DNA of 63,981 nucleotides, filler included, from Reclinomonas americana ATCC 50394 (taxonomy: Eukaryota): the NCBI GenBank assembly GCA_048213135.1. It is 9 parts of 8 records of this genome, joined end to end, with 100 filler letters (N's around TTAATTAATTAA, not from the genome) between each part and the next. Parts side by side here need not be neighbours in the genome. Positions count along the whole stretch, not along the records: positions 6,110 to 16,362 come from PS015832.1; positions 16,463 to 25,734 come from PS015833.1; 7 more parts are not named here. One strand, 5' to 3'. Below the pieces are notes generated by a model. That model was given only the letters and a program-made list of their open reading frames with translations, was not told the origin of the DNA and ran no database searches. Every line of letters starts with the position of its first letter. Within the stretch, counting starts at the first letter, position 1. Below, in pieces: positions 11,618 through 24,000 of this stretch. The position numbers and the translations under genes are program-made.

Positions 11618-11868
11618 AACCCCCCCGCCCTCCTTTGTGTGTGTACAGTAACGCTGCGAATGACGGAAAAAAAGACTTATCTTTGTGTTTAGTTTTGTTT
11701 TACTCTCGAATGTGTGTGTGTGTGCTGTGTTTGCGTCTCGAGTCCACCACGTGGTTTCGTTTACAACGTGTGTGTGCGCGTTCATGAATGTGGGGAGTGG
11801 GTAGATTAAAACAAGCAAGAGAAAAGAATGTGGGGTGTTTCTTTATCTTATCATTCTCTTCCGCTTCA

Positions 11869-14800
11869 TCATCTCCGCGGTCGCTTCGGAATCGGTGCAT
11901 CTTCATCCGAAGACAAGTCACCGCCACTGGTACTACTCTCGGCCGCACGCTTGACTCCTTGTGCAGGCGCCACCTCCACCTTCCTAAAGTACCGCAAGAT
12001 CGGCAAGTCGTCGCTGGCGGTCGTCTTTTTCGCCGACGGCAACGACGACACCTTCTTCTTGGCGGCGGCTGGCTTGGCCGCTGGCAGTGGCGCCTGTACC
12101 GCCAGCAGTGCCGCAGCCGTGGTAAACGACGCCGCAGGCGGTGCTGCAGCCGTGGTGGTAGTGGTGGTCGTCGTCGACACACCTGCAGACTCCACCATGG
12201 GTCGCGTCCGCGCCTCCTTCAACTTCCCGGCGAGGTGGTTCTTGTAGACTGCGTCGCTACGACCCTGCGTGCTGGCCTCGAAACACTCGGCCTCCATCCG
12301 AGCGGCTTCAGCGACCGCCTCTGCTTGCCCGACACCGCGTCCACGCAACGCGTCAGCCAGCTTGCCGCGAAATGTGCCACGCTGCACCTCGGTCACCATC
12401 GGCTCCGACTTCTTCTTCTCCTTGTACATGGCGGCGGCCGTCGTGAACGCATCGCCGCCTCCGCGACCGCCACCACCACTGCGCTCCAGTTTGGAGAGGC
12501 GGCGAAACACGGCGTCCAGATCGCCATTGGCGCCGTTCATGGCCTGGTAGGCCATGGATTCGACCTGGCGCCCCTGTCGCTCTCTGGCGTACTGCGCTCG
12601 CTGGAGGCCACCATACGCACCATCGGCGTCGGCGGCAGCGGCGGCCGCCGCCTCACTCGCATCCTCACGATCCCACCCGCCGACCGTGTCGTCAAAGAGA
12701 CGAGCGCCAGAGTCTCCAAACCTAGTCATCGAAGGACACACAGTCGGCGAGGTGAGCTCGATCGTGCAAAACAAGCGACGCACTGCACACGCCACACCTG
12801 TGGCTGGTGAACGACGAGTGCGAGGCCACATTGAACGACTTTTGCGCCTCGACTGCCTCGCTCACGGCACGAGGGTGCAGGCAGGCGTCGCAATTCTGGC
12901 ACGACGGTCCACGCAAGTGCTCGTCAAAGTACGCCAGCAGTGCGCGCCGACGGCATGTGGAACCCAGCATGATCTTTTCACACAGCTGCACGGACCGCGA
13001 TCGGGATGAGTGACACGCACGCGCGTATGCAAGACAATGGCGCAACATAGTCAAAGGCCTCGACGCTGGCCATGGAGCCGGAGCCCGCCGTGTCGCCAAT
13101 GTCGTACGAGATGGCTCCCGGAGCGGCGGCCGCCGAGGCTCTCGACAAGCGTCGCGCCTCGCCCCGACTGACCTCCATGTGCAGGAGACTGCGGATCGTC
13201 ATCTGATCAGCTGGTAGCGCAAAGAGGTGAGGTGGGTGGCAGAGCGACACACAACAAGCAAAAAGTACGCCACCATGAGTGTAGTACACGAGGCTGTGAG
13301 CCGCCTCGCCGTCACGACCCGCTCGACCGCTCTCCTGGTAGAAAGCTGCCAACAACAAAAAAAAAAGATCATGAGTGTACGTGTGTGGCCCACCACGCGC
13401 AGCGGTCGGTTTCGTCACCCCGAACCTTCGACTCCTTTCGGCAGATTGAAGTGAATCACAAAGCGCACGTCCTGCTTGTTGACACCCATGCCAAAGGCAA
13501 TGGTGGCCACCACCACACGCGAGAAGCCCTTCATCCACCGATCCAGCACCTCGTCGCGCTGCTTCACGCCGGCGTGGTAAGCCTCAGCGTAGCCTGCATC
13601 GCCCATTTCTCGACAAAGTGCCTCCACGAGACTGTCACACGTAGCACGCTGGCGTGCATACACAATGCCGCACTGGTCGGCCACATTGTTCTCCTCCAGA
13701 AACTGCCGAATGTCCTTGGCGACCTTGGTCTCGAACATGCTGCCACGCGCATCGCGTGTAATAATGTCGGCGTAGCGCACGTGGTAGCGGATCTCCGGCC
13801 TGCCACCGCCATGTGTCAACAAAGAAAAACACCATCATCCTCGCCAGATGATGGTTTGGCAACGTACCGATTGAACGACGCATGCACAATCAGGGGGTTG
13901 TCCATGCACAGCGTTTGCACCACATCACGCTCCACACGCTTCGTCGCTGTAGCTGTGAGTGCAAGACACGGGACGCCAGGCAGCATCTCACGCAGTTGTC
14001 CCTGCAACCAACACCACAAATCGTAAGCGCCAGAGTGTCGCCATCGCTCGTGTGCCGGCCACGTACCAGTCGTCGAAAGTTGGGTCGAAAGTCGTGACCC
14101 CACTCGCTCTGGCCAACACCCATTACGCCGAGTGAGTCTCATCGCGCGCTCTCTCTCTCTTCCTTCACACCCACTTCTGCCAACGCAACGACGCAGTGCG
14201 CCTCGTCAATGGCCACCAGCAACAGCTGATCGTTCTCCTGCAGCTTGATCAGCGCCTTGCGCAGTGTCTCGGTCTTGCCAAACAACGACTCGGGCGTCGT
14301 GTACAGCACACGGAGCTGCACCGGAGAGCGAGCCAGCGACCGCAGCAGACTCGTTTTCTCCGATTGCTTCAGCTCCGAGTTGTACACGGCACAGGCGATG
14401 CCACGCGCCTTCAGATCGTCCACTTGATTCTGCATCAGAGCTGCGCCCGGCAGTCAGCACCACAGCACAATCCGACGAGCCCGCAGCGCGCACGTGCAGT
14501 ACCAATCAGGGGGGAAATGACCAGTGCTAGCTTGCCGGCAAACACTGGCGGGAACTGATAGCACAGACTCTTGCCGGCGCCCGTCGGCAGCAGCGCAAAT
14601 GCATCCTTTTCTGCACCGCACACACAGCGACAGCGCGACAAGCAGTGAGCATGCAAGTCGACAAGTCGACTTGGGCATCTCTCTCTCCCCCCGTGTGTGT
14701 CTGTCTCTGTCTCTCTTTGTGTGCGTGTGTGTAGCCTACGCACTGGCAAGCACCGCCTCGATCACACGACGTTGCATGGGGCGAAACGAAGTCAACTTGA

Positions 14801-14963
14801 AGTGTCGTCGAAGTGCCACCTCCATATCATCATCTCCGCCGACTGGTTTTGGCTTGGGTGCGCCTCGGCGTCGAATGCCTTCACCCGCCTCTTCCTCTTC
14901 GTCTTCCTCCTCTCCAGAGTCCACCTGCACCACCTCTACTACCTTACCTCCCCTCTCACTCAT
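11869..14963 (-). CDS. RECQL5: RecQ DNA helicase, RECQL5-like
   Basis: [70 protein letters not shown] zinc motif [12 protein letters not shown]...CQNCDAC, and a KIX-like segment [12 protein letters not shown]...[10 protein letters not shown]. Confidence 0.85.
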
Positions 14964-15011
14964 TGAATAGAAGCACAAAANNNNNNNNNNNNNNNNNNNN
15001 NNNNNNNNNNN

Positions 15012-18000
15012 AGTGTCGACGCGAATGTCGTTGCACCAGCCACACTCAACGCGCCGCCAAGCGTTGTCAGACCAGTGCCCACCGTCAGCGTGTTTGCACC
15101 AGTCACCGACACGTTGCCATTATGCGTCGTAAGTCCACCAACCGTCAGGGTCGACGACAGCGTTGTCGCCAGCGTCACATCTAGCGTCCCCAGCAGTGTC
15201 GTAGCTCCGTTGTTGACCGACAGTGGCTGACCAGCAGCAATCGTCAGACCGGCTGCAAACGTCGCCAGTCCAGTGACCGACAGCGTGCCGCCCACCGACG
15301 TGTTGGATCCCACAGTCAGCGTCTTTGTCGCCGCAATCGTCACATTGTTGTTGAACTGCGTCGTGCCATTCACCGTCAGCACATTCGTCACCGTCGCACT
15401 ACCGCTGACCGCCACATCGCCAGCAAACGACGACAAGCCAGTACCCTGCACCACCAGCACACCAGGCGACTGAATCGTCAGCGTGTTCGTCAGTGACAGG
15501 CCATTCAACGTCGTCACGCCGGCCACAGTCAGCGAGCCGCCGAGCGTCGTGGCGCCGACTCCCACCGTCAGTGTGCCGTTGCCGAGGAACGCCAGATTGC
15601 CGGTGAGATCGAGACCGCCGCCCAGTGTAGCCTTGCCAGTCAGCGTACTCGTGCCATTGATCGACAGAGTGCCAGTCGGCACAGACAGTGAGCCGCCAAC
15701 CGTCGTGTTGCCAGTCAGCGTCGACGTGCCGCCCACAGACAGCGACGACGACAGCGTGGTCGCGCCAGTGACCGCCAAAGTGCCACCCAGCGTCGTGGCG
15801 CCAGTACCCACTGTAAACGTCGACGTGCCGCCCACGGCAGTCGCGCCATTGAACTGCGATGCACCACTCACCGTCACCGTCGACAGCGATGTCGTGCCAC
15901 CAAGCACATTCAGAGACGCGTTCAACGTCGTCGCACCCGTCACCGTCAGCGTGCTACCCGCCGACACAGCGCCAGTCAGCACCGACCCGCCAGTCACCGT
16001 CAACAGCTGGCCCACAGTAGCGTTGCCGCCCACCGACAGGTTGTTGGTGCCGCCGACAGTCAGCGCACCGCCCGACACAGTCATGCCACCATTAGCAGTC
16101 ACCGCACCGGTGATGGTCGTGGCGCCAGTGATGTCCACAGTGCCGCCGAAAGAGCTCGGTCCAGTGCCCATGGTGAACACATTGCCATTCGCAATCGTCA
16201 AGTTGCCATTCAGCGTCAACGATGACAGCGTCAGGCCGCCAGAGAACGTGGTCGCACCACCTACCGACAGTGACCCAGAGAGTGCCGTCGCACCGGCACT
16301 CACCGTCAGGCCACCAGTCGCCACCGTCAGCGCGTTCATTGTCGACGGACCAGCAGCAGACANNNNNNNNNNNNNNNNNNNNNNNNNNNNNNNNNNNNNN
16401 NNNNNNTTAATTAATTAANNNNNNNNNNNNNNNNNNNNNNNNNNNNNNNNNNNNNNNNNNNNCGGAGCCGGTGCCAAACACCGTGGTTCCGGCATTGGTC
16501 ACCGACAGACTGCCGTTGAGCGTGGTGGTGCCAGTGACCGCCAAACCACTCTGCAGCGTCGTTTGGAAACCCGTGACCGTGAAAGCACCGGTGACAGTGG
16601 TGGTGCCGGCAATATTCGAGCCACCATTGACCGTCAGCAGTCCACCAACGGTGCCGGCACCGGTGACATTGATCGAGCCACCAAACGAAGCGGCGCCAGT
16701 GCCCACCGTAAACGTAGACGGACTGGCGATTGTCGTGTTGCCGGTCACCGACAGCGTGCTCTGCATCGACACGGCGCCGGTGAGGACCGAGGATCCGGTG
16801 ACCGCCAACGTGGAACCGAGCGAGGTCGCTCCGCCAGACACCGTAAATGTGTTCGTGCCCGACACCGTCAGCGGGCCGGCGACAGTGCCACCGCCAGACG
16901 CCGTAAACGTGCCAGTGAGGGTGGTAGTGCCGGCGACAGACAACGCACCGAGCATCGACGACAAGCCGGTGCCCGAGGTGAATGTGTTGGTGCCCTGCAC
17001 GGTGACATTGCCGTTGAACTGACTGGCGCCACCGACGCTCAGAGTGCTGCTCAGCGTAGTGGCACCGCTGACACCCATGGTGCCGCCAAATGTGGCCGCA
17101 CCTGTGCCCACGGAAAACGTCTGCATGTTGCTGATGGCCACTGGATTGTTGAACTGCGTGGGCCCATTCGCCGTCAGTGCCGCGCTCAGTGTAGTGATGC
17201 CGCCGACAGTGACGGCACCGGCAAATGTGGAAGCGCCAGTGCCGACTGCAAACGTGTTGCCGTTCGTGACGGAGACAGCGGCGCTAAAGGTCGACGTCCC
17301 GCCCACGCTGAGCGAGCCAGCCATGGTAGTCGCTCCGGTACCAATCACCACAGCGCTGCCATTGGTGACCGTCACGGTCGATGAAAAAGTGGCCGGTGCC
17401 GTCACCGACGTCGCACCACTAAAGGTGGAGGCGCCAGTGACCGACAGATTGCCACCGAGCGACGTGAGGCCGTTCGTCACACTGAACGTGTTGCCGATCG
17501 GCAGCGACACGTTGCCGTCCAACACCACTGTGCCGCCCGTGGTCGAAAGACCACCATTGATGGTGGCCCGACCGGCAACAGTGAGCGTCCCACCCAGCGC
17601 GGTGGCTCCGGTGCCCACTGTAAAATTGGCGGTGCCAGTGACAGCCGTGTTGGCGCCGAAATTGGCGCCGCCGGAGCCCGTCACCAGGCCAGTAAAGGTC
17701 GATGTGCCGCCGACCGAGAAGGTGCCGTTGAGAACGGTGGGGCCAGTACCGACAGTGACCTGCACGCCGTTGGAGACGTTGATGTTGCCACCAAACTGCG
17801 AGGTAGACACCACACTCAGCGTCGAGTTGAAGGTGGAAGCGCCGGTCACCGCCAGCGTCGATCCGAGGGACGTGGCTCCGCTGGAGACCGTCAGCGATCC
17901 CGTGGTTACGGTTAGGTTGCCTGTCACAGTCGCAGTCGACTGCGCCGTCACCGCACCGGTGAAAGTACTGGCACCGCCGACACTGAGTGTGCCGACCAGC

Positions 18001-21000
18001 GCCGTCGCGCCCGAGTCCACTGTGAGGCCAGCCGAGTTGGTCACCAGCACCGCCGCACGGAACGTGGAGGCACCGACCACGGTCAGTGGACCGCCGAGAG
18101 ATGTGGCACCGGTTCCAGTCACCGACAGCGTCGACGAACCCGTAATGTCCACGTTGCCGGAGAAAGTAGCACGCGCGGCAGACAGAGCGCCTGCGAGTGT
18201 CGTCGCTCCGGTGACGGCGACCGTGCCTGCAAAGGTCGAGTTGCCGTTGCCGACCGTAAAGTTGTTGCCATTGGCAATGTTGACAGCGGCGTTGATGTTC
18301 ACCGGTCCGTTGGCCGACAGCGTCCCATTGGTGGTGGTGACACCAGACACCGTCAACGAGCCACCAAGCGTAGCCGCACCTCCCGACACGGTAAACGTGT
18401 TGGTACCGGAGACGAGCACAGGTCCCGAGAAAGTGCCGCCGTTTGACGCTGTCAGCACACCAGTGAGGGTTGTCGTGCCGGCCACGCTCAGATTGCCGCC
18501 TAGAGAGGTGTTGCCGGCCGCCACCGTAAAGTTCGACAGCGGACCCGTGATGTCCACCGTGTTGTTAAAAGTACTCGCACCACCCACACTCAGCGTGGAC
18601 GCCAGCGTCGAAGCGCCAGTGACGCTCAGCGTACCACCCAGCGTCGTGGCGCCGCTGCTCACCGACAGAGTACGAGTGGCGGCCAGCGTGACATTGCCAT
18701 CGAAAAGCGAACTGCTGTTGGCAGTCAGCGCCCCGTTCAGCGTGGTGACGCCGGTGATGTTGACCGCGCCGGCGAAGGAACTCACACCGTTGCCGACAGT
18801 CAGCGTCTGGCCGTTGGCCACCGCCACATTACCATTCAAGTTGGTGGTGCCCGTCACCGTCAGCGTCCCACCCAAAGAGGTGGCGCCGCCGCCGACGGTG
18901 AACGTGCTGGTCAGACCGGCCACCGAGACAGCGGCGTTGAATGTGGCACCACCATTGCCCGTCATCGTGCCGGTAAATGTGCTGGCGCCGGTCACTGCCA
19001 GCGTGCCGCCCAGTGTCGTGATGCCACCAAACACTGTGAAATTGTTGGTGCCCGACACCATGGTGGCGCCATTCAGAGTGGTGGTGCCGGTGACGGCAGT
19101 GGCGCCAGTGATGTTGACGGGTCCGGCCACCGTCAGGCCACCATTGAGCGACGTCAGACCAATGCCCACCGTGAGGGTGCTGGCGCCCAATAGCGTCACA
19201 GCGCCGGTGATGTTGGCGCCGTTGGAGAGCGTCGAGAGGCCCGTAAAGGTGCTCGTGCCACCCACGCTCAGCGATCCAGTCATGGTGGTGGCGCCGGTGC
19301 CAATAGACACGTTGCGCATGTCGGCAACGGAGATGTTGCCGTCGAAAGTAGACACACCCGTCACCGTGACACCGCCACTCAACGTGGTGGTCGACCCAGA
19401 GCTCACCGTTAGCGCGCGTCCAGTGGCCACCACCACATTGCCGTCAAAGAGTGCGCCGCCGTTCGACGTCAGTGCGCCCGTCAGCGTAGTCACGCCAGTC
19501 ACACGCAGCGTACCACCCAGAGTGCTGGCGCCAGTCCCGACAGTGAATGGGAACGGATCCTGCACCGTCAGCGCACCGCCAATAGTGGTTCCGCCTGTGA
19601 TGAGCATGCCGCCCGACAGAGTCGCCAAACCGGCCACGGTCAACGAACCGCCCAGCGTAGTAGCTCCCGTGCCAACCGTCAAAGTGCTTGTGCCGGACAA
19701 TGTCGTGTTGCCGGTGATGTTGGTGGCTCCGGTGACGGACAACGTGCCGGTGAGAGCCGTGGGGCCAGTGACCGCAAGGCCACCGCCAAGAGTCGTGAGA
19801 CCAGTGGCTACGCTCAGCTGCGACGTGCCTGTAATGGCCACGTTGGAGGCCAGCGTGGTAGTGCCTGTGACGGCCAGTGAGCCACCCAGTGTCGTAGCAC
19901 CGGCGGCCACCGACAGTGTGTTGGTGCCGGTGATGCTCACCGGTCCGGCAAATGTGGCCCCGCTGCTGCCCGTCAGCAAGCCAGTAAGTGTGCTGGCTCC
20001 AGTCACCGCCAAGGTGCCGCCGAGCGAGGTAGCCGAGCCGGTGCCCACCGTCAGATTGCGCCCCGTCAGAATGCTCACGTTGCCGTCAAACGACGACGCC
20101 GAACCGCCAGTCACCGACAGTGGCGCGTTCAGTGTGGTGGAGCCGTTCACTGTCAACGTGCCGCCCAACGTACTAGCCGAGGCGCCGACGGTGAACGTGC
20201 CGTTCACGGAGACCGTCGACGAAAACGTGCTGGCACCACCGACCGACAGCGTGCTGGCAAGTGTGGAAGCACCGGTGACCGAGAGCACGCCGCCGAGAGT
20301 CGTGGCTCCGGTGCCGACGGTGAACGGGTTGGCATTGAGCACGGAAAGCGGAGTATCAAAAGTCGACGCAGCTCCCGACACTTGCAAGCCGAGTCCGAGG
20401 CTGGTGAGGCCCGNNNNNNNNNNNNNNNNNNNNNNNNNNNNNNNNNNNNNNNNNNNNNNNNNNNNNNNNNNNNNNNNNNNNNNNNNNNNNNNNNNNNNNN
20501 NNNNNNNNNNNNNNNNNNNNNNNNNNNNNNNNNNNNNNNNNNNNNNNNNNNNNNNNNNNNNNNNNNNNNNNNNNNNNNNNNNNNNNNNNNNNNNNNNNNN
20601 NNNNNNNNNNNNNNNNNNNNNNNNNNNNNNNNNNNNNNNNNNNNNNNNNNNNNNNNNNNNNNNNNNNNNNNNNNNNNNNNNNNNNNNNNNNNNNNNNNNN
20701 NNNNNNNNNNNNNNNNNNNNNNNNNNNNNNNNNNNNNNNNNNNNNNNNNNNNNNNNNNNNNNNNNNNNNACCAGCGTGCCGCCGAGCGTGGTGGCACCCG
20801 TGTCAACCGTCAGTGTGCCAGAGCCCTGCAAGCGCACATTCTGCAAGAAGGTGGCATCGAGCGCCGTCGACAGCGCACCACCAAGCGTCGTGTTGCCGCC
20901 GACACTCAGCGAACCGCCAAGCGTCGTCGCACCAGTGCCTACGGTGAACGACGAGGTGCCTGTGATGGCGGTGTTGCCGCCAATGGTGGTCGCGCCTCCA

Positions 21001-24000
21001 ATCGTCGCCGTGGTACCAATGGTGGCGCTGGTGGCCACAGTGAGTGCACCACCCAGCGACACCAGACCGGTACCGGTGGTGACGGTCGACATGCCCGTAA
21101 TGCTGACATTGCCCGCAAATGTGGACGCGCCGCCCACCGACAGAGTCGAGGCCAGCGTTGAGGCTCCAGTCACTGACAGTGAGCCACCGAGAGTGGTTGC
21201 TCCGCTGGCGACTGAAAAGGTAGAGAGACCCGTAATGGCGGTGTTACCACCGATAGTTGTGGCACCGGCAATGATAGCGGTGCCACCAACAGTAGCGTTG
21301 TTGGCCACCGCCAAGCTGGCGCCGAGCGACGTATTACCGCCCACCACAGTCAGCGTTCCTGTGCCCGTGATGGAGACGTTGGTCGCAAATGTCGACGCGC
21401 TACCGATCGACAGCGTGCCGGTGACGGCCGTGTTGCCGTTCACTGTAAGATCGCCACCCAGGGTCGTCGGCGTTCCCGCACCCACGGAGAAGGTGCCGCC
21501 GCCGGAGATGGAGACAGCGCCCTGGAAGGTCGCCGTGCTCACAGCAGTCAGAGCACCATTCAAGCGCGTGGTGCCGTTGGCGGTCAGCGAACCACCAATG
21601 GTGGTGATGCCGCCGACTACAGTGAAGTTGCTATTGTTGGCCACCGACACTGCACCGTTAAACGTAGATGGCTGCGACACAACCAACGTGCCACTCAGTG
21701 CGGTACTGCCCGCCACGGCAAGCGAGGATGCCAGTGAGGTTGCACCGCTGACATTGAGCACGTGCGCGTTTGCAATATTGACGTCGCCATCAAATGTTGC
21801 CGTGTCGGCAAACGACGTCTTGTTGTCAAACTCCGCCAACCCCGTAACCGTGAGTGCACCGCCCAGAGTGGTGGTGCCGAGTCCAACCGTCAGAGTGGCG
21901 GTGCCGTCGATCGATACACCGCCATGCAACAGCGACGCGCCGTCCACCTCCAGCGTGCTAGCCATGGTGGCGGCATTGGTGACATTCAACGTGCCGCCAA
22001 NNNNNNNNNNNNNNNNNNNNCGCGTTCTGCATGGTCGCCGTGCCCGTCACCGTCAGCGCGCCACCAAAGCTCACCAGACCCGTGTCGGTGGACAGCGTGG
22101 CGCCGCTGGTAATCGCCACAGCACCGGAGAACGTGGAAGTCGAGGTCGCCGAGAGCGGGCCATTGAAGAGCGCCGTCGTCCCAACTGTCAGCGATGCGCT
22201 CAGCTGCGCAGCACCAGTGACCGCCAGCGCACCCGCCACCGAGACGTTGCCGCCAAGAACCGAAGCACCACTCACGGTGACACCACCTCCAAGAGTGGAG
22301 GCACCGGTGACCGCCAGTGAGCCGCCAAGGGTCGAGGAACCGCCGGCCACCAGGAAAGCGTTGGTACCCTGCACCGTGACAGCGCCGTTAAGCTGCGAGG
22401 CTCCAGCCACACTGAGGCCGGCACCGAGGGTGGAAGCGCCAGCCACCGCCAGCGTGCCGCCGAGAGTGGTCGGGCCCGTGCCCACCACCAGCGGGAACGC
22501 GCCGCCGACAGTCGTGGCACCATTGAACACGGCACCGGCGTTTGCAGTCAACAAGCCAGTGAGAGTGCTAGTGCCCGTCACTGCCAGCGAGCCACCGAGA
22601 ACCGACGGCCCCGAGAGCACGGTGAAGTTTTGACCCGTGTCCACTTGCACACCACCCGAGAAGGTGGCCAGACCCACAACACTCAGCGTACCACTCAATG
22701 AACTGTTGCCAGTCACCGACAGCGTGCCGCCGAGCGTCGTAGGGCTGCCGGTACCGACAGAGAGCGATGTCATTGACGCCAGCGAGACTCCGCCTGCGAA
22801 ATTCGCCGCGCCAGTCACCGACAGTGTGGACGACAGAGCAGTTCCACCGGCCACCGACAGTGTGCCGCCAAGGGCAGTGGCACCGGTGCCGACCGTAAAG
22901 GTCTGCATGTTGGCCAGCGACACGGGGCCCTGGAACAGCGAGGCACCAGCGACGGTGACGGTGGCCGAGAACGTCGAGGCACCCGACACGACCAGCGTAC
23001 CGCCAAGGGTGGTGGGCAGCGCGCCCACCACCAACGACGCTCCCGATACCTGCACCGTGCCAGAGAGTGTGGCATTGCCGCTGATGGTGGTCGCGCCGGC
23101 CAGTGTGGTGGCGCCGGACACATTGACGGGTCCCGCAAAGGAGGCCAGCGAGGTGCCCATGGCGAAGGTCGCTCCGTTTGCAATCGACACATTGCCCGAG
23201 AAGCTGGCCGCCCCGGTGGTCGCCAGGGTTGAGCTCAGCGAAGTGGCGCCGGCGACGACCAGGGTGCCGCCAAGAGTGGTGGATCCACCGGCCACCGTAA
23301 ATGTGTTGCCACTCGACACCGACACCGAGGCATTCAACGCCACCGGAGCATTGGCCGTCAGCGCGCCACTGAATGTGGAGATACCACCCACTGAGAGCGA
23401 GCCACCAAGAGTGGTGGCGCTATTCAGCACCGTCAGCGTGCTTCCAGTACCCAACAAGACACCGCTCGCAAAATTGGCGAGCGCATTGGCCGTGAGTGCA
23501 CCCGAGAATGTGGCCACGCCAGTGACGCCGAGTGCTCCACCCAGCGACACGGCGCCGGTGCCGACGGTCAGTGTGCGTGCGCCGGTAATCGACACATTGT
23601 TGTCAAACTGACTGGTGCCGCTCACTTGCAGCGTGGAGGTGAGTGTGGTAGCACCGGCCACCGCCACAGTACCGCCAAACGATGCACCTCCGCTCACAAG
23701 AGTGAGAGTGCGGCCACCGGTCAGCGTGACGTTTGCGTCAAACGTCGACACGCCACCGACAGAGAGCGCAGAGGCGAGGGCCGTGGAGCCGGCCACAGTC
23801 AGTGTACCACCAAGAGAGGTAGGACCGTTACCAATGTTGACGGCCACACCACTACCGACCGTGACTGGGCCAGTGAGCGTCGTGGCGCCGCCAACGCTCA
23901 GCGAGGTGGTAAGCGTGGTGGCACCGGCCACAGTCAGCGATCCACCAAGTGTCGACGCGCCGGCGCCGACTGTAAATGTGGACGACATACCGACAATCGA

